From contig QQRW01000037.1 in the NCBI GenBank assembly GCA_003602605.1, positions 14,718 to 78,717 of the forward strand: 64,000 bases of DNA, read 5' to 3'. Source of the DNA: Candidatus Poseidoniales archaeon (GTDB lineage Archaea; Thermoplasmatota; Poseidoniia; Poseidoniales; Poseidoniaceae). The notes under the pieces are model-generated. The model was not told where the DNA came from and did not search any database. It saw only the letters and a list, made by a program, of their open reading frames with translations. The position numbers were made by a program, and so were the translations under genes. Shown piece by piece: positions 47,886-57,700 of this stretch (positions within the stretch are counted from its first letter, which is position 1; every line of letters starts with the position of its first letter).

Positions 47886-49607
47886 TCACGTATGGTTTAC
47901 TCCAGTCCATGTATCCACGGCTTTATCGAAGTGTTCCCATCCGTTGTTGTAATAGATGCCGATCAAGTCGAAAACATCGTCATAGTGGGTTAATTCTCTC
48001 TCCACCATTCGGTCAAGTGCAGCGGCCCTCCTCAGCATTTCATCGTAAATATCACGCTTATTGGAGAATCCGGCCATCGCTGCAATCTTGTTTTCCAACA
48101 AATGGCTTTGGAACATTCCACGGAAATAGTGCTTATCTTTGACAGGGTCCCATTCGAACATTCCACGAGTGAGTACTCCGTCGCTGTGCTTGTTGTATCC
48201 GATAACTTCGTCGATTCCTGTTACACGTCGAGCAATTCCGCCACCGGGTGCTTCAACCACTTCTTGGAAAATTGCGAAATTCAAGTTGTCAAAAAAGCGA
48301 ATTGGAACATTAATTGGGTCACCCGTAAATCTTTGAATCATTTTAACGATGGACGATGCGTGGAATGTAGCAATAACCGGGTGACCAGTTTGCATAGCCT
48401 GAAATGCAGTAGCCCCTTCAATACCGCGAATTTCACCGATGATAATGTAGCGAGGACGGCTACGAAGAGCTGCCTTAAGCAAGTCGAACATCTCGACCCG
48501 AGATTCTTCGTTCTTCGAGGAACGAGTAACGAGCCGCTGCCAAATCTTGTGGCGCACCTTCACTTCCGGGGTATCCTCCGCTGAGTAAATCTTAACGTTG
48601 TGGTCAATGAACGGCAAGATAGCATTGAGTGTCGTGGTTTTACCCGATGCAGTTTCTCCAGAAACAAGAACGGACATACCGTATTCAAGGCAAATCCAAA
48701 TGTAAGCAGCAACCTGTGACGAAATTGTGCCCCAAGCAATGAGTTGCGTAATCGAGATGGTTTCCTCTGCGAATTTACGGATGGTAAACGACGGTCCAAG
48801 CATTGAAACGTCGTCTGAGAAAATAATGTTGATACGTGAACCATCGAGCAGTGCACCGTCAATAATCGGTTTATTGTCAGAAACTGGTCGTCCAATTCGC
48901 TCTGACATTGCTCGTAAGAAGCGCGAAAGGAGTTCTCTATCACGGAACCGAATGTTGGATGTAACCATTCCAAACACTTTGTGGTCCATATGTACGTGTT
49001 TCAATCCTATCGAGTGAATATCTTCCAGCATTTCATCGGAGAGAAGTGGCTCCAGTGGACCGTTACGAATTAAGTCCCGAACAACAATGTAGCGTAGTCG
49101 TTCTCTCTGGGCTTCAGTGACAATAAGACGCTTGTCGTCCATACCCAACATTTCCCAGAAGCGCCCTTGACGGCGTACGTTCGTGAGTGCTTCAGTATCG
49201 AGGAGTGTGTAACGCTCAATCATCTGTGAGAGAATGTTTTCAAATTCGTCATCCGTGGTGAATGATGGCGCTGTTGGAGCCTCTTGCAGAAGTGTTTCTA
49301 TGAGACCGCGACGGATATTTTCCTCTTCTTCAGAAAGTTGAGGTTCGAGGCCAAACCAAAGAATCTGTCCTCCCCCCTCTTCATCAGCCGGAGGTTCGTA
49401 AATGTGAACAAAAATTGGTTCTTTTGTAATGTAAATGAGGTTGTAAGGTCTTTCTTTCTTTGCGTCACGATCCAACTCACCGTAGTAGATAGGACGTGAA
49501 CCATGGCTCGATTCGAAATCTCGAACCCATTCTGCGACGTGCGGGTGCGCACTCATGACCGAGTTGAGGTCACCTTTGGCAAATCGGGGCTCATCTTCGA
49601 CCATCAT
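47886..49607 (-). CDS. arlI: Archaellum motor/assembly ATPase ArlI (FlaI)
   Basis: Walker A is VSGETASGKTTTLNAIL, Walker B is YIIIGEIRG, and the His box is TGHPVIATFHA. At 573 aa, the size does not suggest an intein. Confidence 0.95.
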   Translation of the reverse strand: MMVEDEPRFAKGDLNSVMSAHPHVAEWVRDFESSHGSRPIYYGELDRDAKKERPYNLIYITKEPIFVHIYEPPADEEGGGQILWFGLEPQLSEEEENIRRGLIETLLQEAPTAPSFTTDDEFENILSQMIERYTLLDTEALTNVRRQGRFWEMLGMDDKRLIVTEAQRERLRYIVVRDLIRNGPLEPLLSDEMLEDIHSIGLKHVHMDHKVFGMVTSNIRFRDRELLSRFLRAMSERIGRPVSDNKPIIDGALLDGSRINIIFSDDVSMLGPSFTIRKFAEETISITQLIAWGTISSQVAAYIWICLEYGMSVLVSGETASGKTTTLNAILPFIDHNVKIYSAEDTPEVKVRHKIWQRLVTRSSKNEESRVEMFDLLKAALRSRPRYIIIGEIRGIEGATAFQAMQTGHPVIATFHASSIVKMIQRFTGDPINVPIRFFDNLNFAIFQEVVEAPGGGIARRVTGIDEVIGYNKHSDGVLTRGMFEWDPVKDKHYFRGMFQSHLLENKIAAMAGFSNKRDIYDEMLRRAAALDRMVERELTHYDDVFDLIGIYYNNGWEHFDKAVDTWTGVNHT

Positions 49608-49616
49608 AACACCTCA

Positions 49617-50357
49617 TCAGCTAACCGCCGTAATATCAACGATGAAGCCCATTCCAGGCTCGACACGCCATCCAATGGATGTTTGAATAGGACCAGCAGC
49701 TCGCAAGAAACGTGTGATGACGATGTTGCGCTTAATCTCGCCACCAATCATTGCCGTTTGCAAATCAAGAACGACTTCAGCGGATGCACGTAATGTGTGC
49801 ATGAGTTTGTGGTCCATTTCTTCAGGATCCACACAAAGCATCAACGAACGACCCTGTGAACACACTTGGCGTAATCGTTGCATGAGTTGGAATCGACTCG
49901 TATCATTAAGATCACTCGGCATAATCGAACTGGCAGAATCAATGATGACGACATCTGCGAGTTCAATGGCTTCGGATTGAAGAACTTCTTCGAGTCCGAC
50001 GTTCGGCAATGATTCTGCGATGGTTCCAAATCGGCTGAACACCAAGAGGCGTCCTTCTCGGATGGCGTCAGTGACTCCATAACCAAGTGATTCCATTTGC
50101 TCTACCCATCCGCGAGTTGTCAATTCAGTCGTGATGACAAGAACTTTGACACCATTTTCAGCAAGCCCGTAAGCTAGACGTTGGGAAATGAGGGATTTTC
50201 CACCACCTACTGTACCCTGTAGCACGTACAGAGAGCGATTCGGCATTCGGAGTCCCATCGAGTCGGCAAGAGAGTCCGTTTCCAGTTCGTATGGGAATCC
50301 GTCTTCCTTAGGCTTGTGAGCCGTGGTGAAAGGGTCTTCCTTGACATGTTCATCCAT
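49617..50357 (-). CDS. arlH: Archaellum protein ArlH (FlaH), RecA/KaiC-like ATP-binding protein
   Basis: Walker A is GTVGGGKSLISQRLAYGLAENG, and the layout is KaiC-like. ATG at 50357 overlaps the arlG stop by 8 nt (the track start is GTG 50387). Confidence 0.85.
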   Translation of the reverse strand: MDEHVKEDPFTTAHKPKEDGFPYELETDSLADSMGLRMPNRSLYVLQGTVGGGKSLISQRLAYGLAENGVKVLVITTELTTRGWVEQMESLGYGVTDAIREGRLLVFSRFGTIAESLPNVGLEEVLQSEAIELADVVIIDSASSIMPSDLNDTSRFQLMQRLRQVCSQGRSLMLCVDPEEMDHKLMHTLRASAEVVLDLQTAMIGGEIKRNIVITRFLRAAGPIQTSIGWRVEPGMGFIVDITAVS

Positions 50358-50856
50358 TAATGCGCACCTCTTGATTGAAACTTGCACTGGAAGAAATTCC
50401 GGAGACGAATTCTGAGGCCACAGTCACGAATATACTAATGTCGGTGTTGTCGGTATACGAATTGAACGTGTTGTTCGATACAGTCACTTCAAGCAAGACA
50501 TTGGGATTCCAAACCGTAGGCGTGGGAGTTCCCAAAAACGAGGTAGTTACACCCACAGCGGGAACTGAGAGGCCATCAATGAGGACTTGCATTTGGGTTT
50601 CATCCATTGGGTGTTCTCCGGTATTGAGGATGTAGAAGGTGATTTGATGGTCCGCTCCAGACCGGTCAATGTTGACGTTCATGGGGTCACCAGCAAAATC
50701 AATAGCAACTTCCTCTGAAAGTTGTAAGCCCCTTTGTTGTTTTTGAATGACTTGAGAAGTGGATGACCATTCTTGAATCAAAACTGCACTGGCGGAACTG
50801 GAGATCAGCAATGCGCTGATGAGCATGATGTATGTTGAAGCACCTCCGTCAGCCAT
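50350..50856 (-). CDS. arlG: ArlG (FlaG)-like archaellum protein
   Basis: It has an archaellin-like hydrophobic N-terminus (MADGGASTYIMLISALLISSSASAVLIQEW) and a beta-rich domain. Its position is between arlF and arlH. Confidence 0.65.
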   Translation of the reverse strand: MADGGASTYIMLISALLISSSASAVLIQEWSSTSQVIQKQQRGLQLSEEVAIDFAGDPMNVNIDRSGADHQITFYILNTGEHPMDETQMQVLIDGLSVPAVGVTTSFLGTPTPTVWNPNVLLEVTVSNNTFNSYTDNTDISIFVTVASEFVSGISSSASFNQEVRING

Positions 50857-50865
50857 AGTAACACC

Positions 50866-51570
50866 TCATGATGCCGACCGCACCATAGTCGTGGGGCCAA
50901 CTGTCATTGCCAAACGTTCGTATTCAGTATTCGTGCTGAGTTCATCGTTCCAAAACAACTGCAATGTTTCACCAGAATACCAATTGGTACTGGCCCCAGC
51001 GAGAGCTGATTGCAAAGAATCTTGTGATTCAGTTAGTGTCTCTGGCTCTTCGCCGTCATAGAACACCCAAACTTCATCGCTTTTCAGCGTATCAGGGCCT
51101 TGGTTGGTTATGTTTGCGTAAATGTACTGATGAAAGACAGGTGCATCAAATGTAGCAGGACTTGTCGGAGATTGAATCACATTCGACATATTGTATATAG
51201 TCCATGTTGGGGTTGCAGAACTTGGGCAGAAACCGTGGTTGGTGATAACCACGTTTCCTACATCAATCTCTCCACCTGTTGTTGTGAATGTAGCAGAAAA
51301 TCCGCCGCATTCATCCGAACCAACATTTGCTTTCAAAATCCCATCAAAGTATCCTGTTCCTTGATTACCTGCTGACATTGACACTTCGTGTATGACATGC
51401 TGAGCAACGTTCACATCGTCAATGGTAAAACTCGGGTCCGGAACTGAGGCGCTTTCGATTGCATCCAAACCGGTTGCAACCTGTGCGTCCAAAGCTGAAA
51501 TGGCCATTGAAAAGACCACAAGCATTGAGATCCCAACAATGAGACCTCCAATTCCGACCGAAGCGCCCAT
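50866..51570 (-). CDS. arlF: ArlF (FlaF)-like archaellum protein
   Basis: MGASVGIGGLIVGISMLVVFSMAISALDAQV resembles the FlaF N-terminus (MGFSVS..). ATG at 51570 lies 1 nt after the upstream stop. At 234 aa it is longer than typical FlaF. Confidence 0.6.
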   Translation of the reverse strand: MGASVGIGGLIVGISMLVVFSMAISALDAQVATGLDAIESASVPDPSFTIDDVNVAQHVIHEVSMSAGNQGTGYFDGILKANVGSDECGGFSATFTTTGGEIDVGNVVITNHGFCPSSATPTWTIYNMSNVIQSPTSPATFDAPVFHQYIYANITNQGPDTLKSDEVWVFYDGEEPETLTESQDSLQSALAGASTNWYSGETLQLFWNDELSTNTEYERLAMTVGPTTMVRSAS

Positions 51571-51571
51571 A

Positions 51572-52420
51572 TCAGAGTTCACCTCGAAGCGACTGAACTT
51601 GACGCCATGAACTAATCAATGACGAAAAGACCAGTAATTCTTTGTGCGACAAATGATCGTCTAATGCTGCTTCTGATTCACCAGGGGCTGCCAATTGAAC
51701 AATTGCAAGGACTGCACGTCCTTCCTGTTCTGACAACATACCCGAGGACATTGCTTTCTGAGCAAAACTAACCGCAGCCATTCCAGACATGCTGTCAAGA
51801 AGTAAGGCTGAAACGGTTGGCGCACCTACCTGATTCGCATTTGCAGTCGCACCCGTTGAAGGCGCATGCAAGAATGGATTCGCAGCGAGTGCTTGTGCTT
51901 CATACAATTCGACCAGTGGAGCTTCATCAACGCTTTTCAGACGGTCCATGCCTGCCGCAGAGATGACTTCGCCACTTGCAGTGACAATGGTGTCTCCGCT
52001 CATCATGGATTCTTCTCCGACAGATTCAGACGAAGCGGTTAGATTCCCTTCAGCATCCACAGTAGGGGCTGCTTGCGGGGTATCCAACCGAACTTCCACC
52101 ATCCTCAAAACATCCTCGACCATGTCGAGGCGACTGCTGATGAGGCGCTCCAATCCAGATGTGTCGACGGTTGTGCTCGCAGGAACAGGTGTCGAAGGGG
52201 CAAGAGTTGCCGCTACTGTTGGAACACTTCCAACGCTGTTCATACGAGCTCGTGTCGGACTAGGACTGATCGTCCATGCATCGTCTTCGCTGAGTTCTCC
52301 TTCTTCAGGAAGAGGGACTTGTTCAATGGCGATATTCGCCATAATTTTCAGTCGTTCCTCCGTAAGGTCTGCATCTGCATCTCTGTTTTTATCTGCGTTA
52401 CCGCTAAATGGCCATGCCAT
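51572..52420 (-). CDS. Unknown soluble acidic protein occupying the ArlC/D/E position of the archaellum operon
   Basis: ATG at 52420 is preceded by GGGAGGA. There is no TM helix. The sequence is Ala/Ser/Thr/Pro-rich and likely disordered in the middle, with a helical C-terminus. I cannot recognise the Arch_fla_DE signature by eye. Confidence 0.5.
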   Translation of the reverse strand: MAWPFSGNADKNRDADADLTEERLKIMANIAIEQVPLPEEGELSEDDAWTISPSPTRARMNSVGSVPTVAATLAPSTPVPASTTVDTSGLERLISSRLDMVEDVLRMVEVRLDTPQAAPTVDAEGNLTASSESVGEESMMSGDTIVTASGEVISAAGMDRLKSVDEAPLVELYEAQALAANPFLHAPSTGATANANQVGAPTVSALLLDSMSGMAAVSFAQKAMSSGMLSEQEGRAVLAIVQLAAPGESEAALDDHLSHKELLVFSSLISSWRQVQSLRGEL

Positions 52421-52475
52421 GATAAATCCTCCCAAGGGCTGTAATGCCTTTTGGCATTGGTGCCCTTAGATGCAA

Positions 52476-53132
52476 TCAGATGACAAGTGATCCAGCATCT
52501 GTGCTTCCGATGTCCAAGGTTTGGAAAGTTGTACCGCCGCTACCGACGTGAAGGTAAAGTTCAACCTTGTTGTCTCCGCCTGCAGCACTGCAATCTACAC
52601 CGTTTCCGTTGTCGTTAGCATCGATCCACATAGCGTATCCAGTCCCTGGATTCATGATTCCAGTTGCGGAATCTAAAGCATTGTTATCTGGCTCATCTTC
52701 GCCCATTTCAGCAACAGCACCGCCTGCGGTGAACGCAACTCCAGCACCATCAGGGTCTCCAATGAATCCTTCAACAACGCCGTCGTCACAGAAGAACTGG
52801 AACGAAATTTCGTCGAGAGGTGCAGGTTCGCTACCAGGAGCGAGACGAACATGGAACATGTATGCTTCAGTACTCGAGAAACCATTACCAACGTCATTTC
52901 CGGCATCGCCGTTAGCGACAAAACCAGCTGAAATGAGGACCTTACCTGCCATGTTGTCGGCAGTGTCATCACCAGTAGTTTGAGCATTTTGTTGGAGTTT
53001 TTCAGCAGTTTGAATGATGACTGCTGCAGCGACTGCAGCAACCAAAATCAAAGCAATAAAGACAATCATTGCACCGATACCGATAGCAGCGATTTTGTCT
53101 TCTTGAATATCGTTACGAGTATTTGGCTTCAT
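52476..53132 (-). CDS. arlB: Archaellin (ArlB/FlaB) paralog 2
   Basis: The N-terminus is ..EDKIAAIGIGAMIVFIALILVAAVAAAVIIQTAEKLQQNAQTTG (class III signal peptide + conserved archaellin helix). Its ATG overlaps the paralog-1 stop as ATGA. Confidence 0.9.
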   Translation of the reverse strand: MKPNTRNDIQEDKIAAIGIGAMIVFIALILVAAVAAAVIIQTAEKLQQNAQTTGDDTADNMAGKVLISAGFVANGDAGNDVGNGFSSTEAYMFHVRLAPGSEPAPLDEISFQFFCDDGVVEGFIGDPDGAGVAFTAGGAVAEMGEDEPDNNALDSATGIMNPGTGYAMWIDANDNGNGVDCSAAGGDNKVELYLHVGSGGTTFQTLDIGSTDAGSLVI

Positions 53133-53680
53133 ATTACTTTCGCCCCCGCTGTAATGTCAGCACCATAATTCAAGGTTTCATATGTGAAACCTCCAGCGCC
53201 AGATTGGATAATCAATGTGTGGTCTGCGTTTTCCGCAGGAGCACAGTCATTGAGTGTTGCAGTTTGAAGTGTAATGTCGTAGGTCGATCCTGGAACCAGA
53301 GTGGCACTCAGAGCAGCCACTCCAACGAGGCTAGAAGACGTAAAGTCTCCAGCATCTACACCAGCAGTACAGACAATGTTCCAGTCAATATTTGCTGGGT
53401 TGATTGCATCTGATCCTGGAGCAAGTTCGTAGGTAATGTACAATTCACCAGCATTAGGAATCATGACGTTCTTGATGACCACTTTCGAGGACAGCAAAGA
53501 AGTCGTTTCTTCACCGGTTGTTTGTGCATTCTGTTGCAACTTTTCAGCAGTCTGAATAATGACCGCTGCTGCAACCGCTGCAACCAGAATCAGTGCAATG
53601 AACACAATCATTGCACCAATACCAATAGCAGCGACATTATCGCTATTTTCGTTCTTATTTTCTTTCATATTTTTCACCAT
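53129..53680 (-). CDS. arlB: Archaellin (ArlB/FlaB) paralog 1
   Basis: ..SDNVAAIGIGAMIVFIALILVAAVAAAVIIQTAEKLQQNAQTTG is identical to paralog 2 over about 40 aa, with synonymous DNA differences. Alternative start ATG is at 53668 (see the promoter entry). Confidence 0.9.
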   Translation of the reverse strand: MVKNMKENKNENSDNVAAIGIGAMIVFIALILVAAVAAAVIIQTAEKLQQNAQTTGEETTSLLSSKVVIKNVMIPNAGELYITYELAPGSDAINPANIDWNIVCTAGVDAGDFTSSSLVGVAALSATLVPGSTYDITLQTATLNDCAPAENADHTLIIQSGAGGFTYETLNYGADITAGAKVI

Positions 53681-53682
53681 TT

Positions 53683-53695
53683 TTTAATTTTATAT
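53683..53695 (-). promoter_or_regulatory. Strong TATA-like element (ATATAAAATTAAA on minus strand) immediately upstream of the first archaellin
   Basis: The minus strand reads GGGGGATATAAAATTAAAAA-ATG. The element lies only 3-15 nt from ATG 53680 and about 20-28 nt from ATG 53668. Confidence 0.4.
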
Positions 53696-53723
53696 CCCCC
53701 ATGTAGGGTGGAAAAGGATTGAG

Positions 53724-54779
53724 TTAAGAAGAACCTCCAGAACTCATTGTGATTCGAAGTGGAATTCGAATAATTGCCACTTCGTCAGGAGCGAGGCGTT
53801 CCACAAATGGAACTGCATCAGCGGTGTAGCCTGGTGGGAACCAAGGCGAGAGAAGGATATCAGCAAGGGGCTCCATCGAGCGGTTTTGTGCACGTATGGT
53901 GACAAAAACTTCGCCAGTACGGATTTCATAACCTGTCGTAATCGCGAGTTTACGCGACAACGGTATTTCGTCTGCACCGTAACGCCGGTTGGCTGACACA
54001 TTGAATCGAACTGGTAAATTTCCTCCCGGAGCGATTGTTGGCAGGTCGACCGATGAAGGCGTAGATACCCAGCCCTCGGGCACCGGCGGCGAGAGGCGCA
54101 TTGGAGGCATTGCAACAGGCCCGTCATTGATAATTCGAACGACCAACACGCCTTCATCCCCTCCAGCAGGCCAGCGTGTTTCAAGGCCCATCCAGAAATG
54201 TCGGAACAAGAACGGATTAAGCGTCGATGTGTTTCCACCGATTAAATCGTCGACAAGGAATTCAACTTCACCTGCAGCTCCACCTACATCTCCGATTTCA
54301 GCTGCTCCTGTCGCACTCCTCAAACGAAGGAGAATCGTTTCAATATCGTTCTCGCTGATTTTCTTTTCATTGAGCAGACGGTGGAGCATAGCAATGTTTC
54401 TGCGTAAATACAGCACGTCTTCTTCGAGAACGGCAAGCGATGACTCCGCCTTGTCGACGCTAGACAGAGCACGGCGAAGTTTGTGCGTTTGCAAGAAACT
54501 CTTTGCTTCACTGATTTCAAGTTCAGTACCGGCAAGGGAATTTGTATCGTCCTGAGCAATTCCGAGAACCATCGTCTCTAAATCCCGGGGAAGCGGACGT
54601 TCTGGACTCGATGACGAAGGCATTGGTGGGAAAGGAGGTATCTCCTCTCCAGCATCAGCCTGTATGGCTGCGGATGCCTCATTCGAGGGTTCACTTGAGA
54701 CTTCATCCTCAAACTGAGGCATTTCATCAAGAGTTTTCTGCTCAAGTGAGGGGTCGACGAGTTCTTCATCAGGCATCAT
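53724..54779 (-). CDS. Cytosolic acidic/coiled-coil protein with C-terminal beta-sandwich (CARDB-like) domain, unknown function
   Basis: There is no TM helix or signal peptide. The layout is an acidic, probably disordered N-terminus, then heptad-like helices (LAVLEEDVLYLRRNIAMLHRLLNEKKISENDIETILLRL), then GVLVVRIINDGPVAMPPMRLSPPVPEGW..LPVRFNVSA. The start overlaps the upstream gene by 11 nt. Confidence 0.65.
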   Translation of the reverse strand: MMPDEELVDPSLEQKTLDEMPQFEDEVSSEPSNEASAAIQADAGEEIPPFPPMPSSSSPERPLPRDLETMVLGIAQDDTNSLAGTELEISEAKSFLQTHKLRRALSSVDKAESSLAVLEEDVLYLRRNIAMLHRLLNEKKISENDIETILLRLRSATGAAEIGDVGGAAGEVEFLVDDLIGGNTSTLNPFLFRHFWMGLETRWPAGGDEGVLVVRIINDGPVAMPPMRLSPPVPEGWVSTPSSVDLPTIAPGGNLPVRFNVSANRRYGADEIPLSRKLAITTGYEIRTGEVFVTIRAQNRSMEPLADILLSPWFPPGYTADAVPFVERLAPDEVAIIRIPLRITMSSGGSS

Positions 54780-57700
54780 CGTTCACCTCCTCGTTTGAAA
54801 ATAAGTTCTCGGGATTCAGGGCTTGTGAGGCTTCTGCAGACCCGAAGATGTCATCCAGATTGAGTCCATCTGCTGCGAGTTCGTTGAACAACCGAGCTGG
54901 GTCGCTCAAATCACGCTCGATTCGAATGGCCTTTACCTCGATGTCGGTGAGGCGTCCGTAAAGTTCGCCGTACATGTTGTTCGCACGGTTGATCAGGAAC
55001 CAAACACCTGCCATCACTACGAAGACATAAGTCGCGATACTAACGACATTTGTCCGATCCTCGGTGAGCATTGGTGGAATTCCTAGAATAATGGCAAGCA
55101 TACCAAGTACCGGCATGCCAAGAATTGTGCGGAGTTGGCGGCGGCTACTGGCAAGTTCTTCGAAGTGGTCTGCATACAGTGTCGAAATGCCTCTTCGAGC
55201 GCGTTGGTAGTCTTCGTGCAGGAGGCGGAATTCGTCGGTGCTCTTCCACGTCATCCTCCATATCCACAATGCAGCAAGTGTGAGCACAACAAAGCCCCAC
55301 CAAGCGAATTGGAAGATATGGAAGGAGAAACCGAAACCAACAACACCTGCATAGATTGCCAAGAGTCGGAAATTATCGTTTTGTGATGTTAAGCGGAAGA
55401 GAATAATGGATACCAGCAGGCAGGTAACAGCTGCCACGAAACTGACAGAAACACCTGGCGACCATGAAATAACGTCCTCCTTCAATGTCATTTTATCGTT
55501 CAAAACAACATTGTTTTCCATGAACGAGGCGTTAAGCGATGCAACACATGATACTTCAGAGCGCTGAGACCACCAATCGATTGAATCAGCGGTGACGACC
55601 CATGTGAATGTTCGTTCTTGGGTCGCAAAGAAGAACGGAATCATCGAGTAGTTGAGCCCCGAAGCGACTGAACGATTCAACAATGCGGGAGTCTCAGAAG
55701 GTAAAGTTGAGACAGTGAGACCCTCACATTGCAGGTCAACGACCACATCAAGGGCCGTAGCAGAACCGACGTTTTGAACAACGACTGTAATCGTGCTTTG
55801 TGTACCTTCTTGGAATTGACCTTCATCTGAAGAGATACTCTTAATCATCGGATCGGCAAACACTGCCAATACAAGTGAGAACGTTTCCTCGTCGTAGACT
55901 GAGTAGCCGTTGTTTTCATCGGGGTGGTAGAGCCTGAATGTCAAATCCCAACCGTCACCGGGCAGAATAAATCCTTTCGTAGGAGTCTCTGCTTCAATCC
56001 GAATAGAGGAAGGATTCCATGCTTCAAGCTCAAGCAGACTGTATCTCGAGGTGGGGCCAAGTGAAGTCGCACCACATTCTTGGTCGAGATTTAGAGGATG
56101 GACATCTGAGGTCCCGTCAAATTTGTCAACAATAAGAGAGAAGTTCCAAGAATACTCAAACTCGGACAGGCCCATCGATTCGAGGTTCAACAGACGTTCA
56201 GCGTTACAAAGTTCAATCATGTAAGCCACTTCGCTGCCGTTCCCTGTTGGGATGTTTGTGTACGGGAGGAATACATCGACAAAGTCGCTGTTAATGTCAG
56301 GCTCGATGCCAATATCGCCCGTGGAAAAGAATCGAGACATTACGAGTTGTGTTGTGAACTGACCACTGCCTTCCACTTCAGTCTCTGTTGGGTCGAGGAA
56401 AAGGGTCAAATCTGCAGTCAATGAAAGAAGCGGCAAGTCGACGGTTCCAACCGCCGTGAACGAGTGTACAACAGGCGTGTTTATTGGCAGAACAATCAAT
56501 GACGGTTGAGTCACCATTTCCCAATCTGTAGAGAGATTGGTGAGGCCAGGGCGAGTAATTGCATATACGGCATTGACGGTGACATCCTTGTTGCCCGTGT
56601 TCAAAAGCGTGACTTCCCAAGTGCGAGTGGATTTTGGTTGGAACTCCATGACATCAGGCCAGTCAGAAGATTCAACAATAAACAGTGGCTGAATTAACAA
56701 CTGAACTGTGTGCGTACTGTAAACAATTCCAGTCGTAGAATTGACGGCAGTAATGGTCAGATTGTAGACTGAGCCTTGTACCAGTGTATCAGCACCACCA
56801 AGGCTTGGGATTGCAACGTTCACACTGTCTGAGTACGTTTGATCGATGGAAAGAACTTCGGTGAGTTCCGATTTTGAAAGTGTAATGTTGCCTTCAACAG
56901 CCAAAGTAACCTTGACTGTTTCCTGGAGGTTTCCGTTGTTGATTATGTCAAAATCGACTTGTTCCATTTGACCGGGAGTTACTGCCTTCTGTTCAGGAGC
57001 AGAAATTCCAATCGAATGGTTTTCAGTAATATTGGCGACAACATTCGAGGAAAGAAGAATTTGACCGTTGTTGGTTGAAACCCAAACTGTTGTCATGTAG
57101 AATCCGTCAGAGTCGGCATCACCGTTGGCATTCATTTCTATTCGGATGGTTTCTTCATATCCTGCTGCGATAAAAACACTCGAAGTTATCGGAGATACGA
57201 TGCTGAAATCCACATCACCTGCCAAGGAGTTATCCAACCAAATCTCGTAGTCTGCAGGCGCATTGCCAGTGTTTTTGATGACAATGGAAGTAAAGGTCGA
57301 ATCTGTTACATCGAGTTCAAGCGACTGATTCGTTGGAGTAAGGCTGCCGTTGAAAATCTGACCTACAACCACATAGAATACATGCTCGCTGCCAATCAAT
57401 AAACCTGAGACTGGATCCTCAATTCGAACCGTGATTGGCTGATTCAATCCAGCCGGCGCAAGTGGGTCAGTTCGAATGTTAAACGTCACGACTTGGATGT
57501 GTGCAGCGTTACCGGAGGAACCATCGAGCGTACCGTCAGCAATATCTGCAGTCAAATTGGAAATATTTTGGTCGTTATCGGAAAAGTTGGCAGTCCAATT
57601 TTCAGGGAGATTGTCTACGATTCGCAAGCGATATGACCCCACATCGTTGCCTGTGTTGGCAAAGCGCATAGGAATCGAACTGTCGACTCCAACCGGCACA

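Noticed and set aside
47886-49607. Inteins or other insertions in ArlI, PolX or HppA.
   Set aside because: The lengths (573, 645 and 710 aa) and the contiguous motif spacing look normal. I saw no intein block motifs and no C-terminal HN followed by Cys/Ser/Thr.
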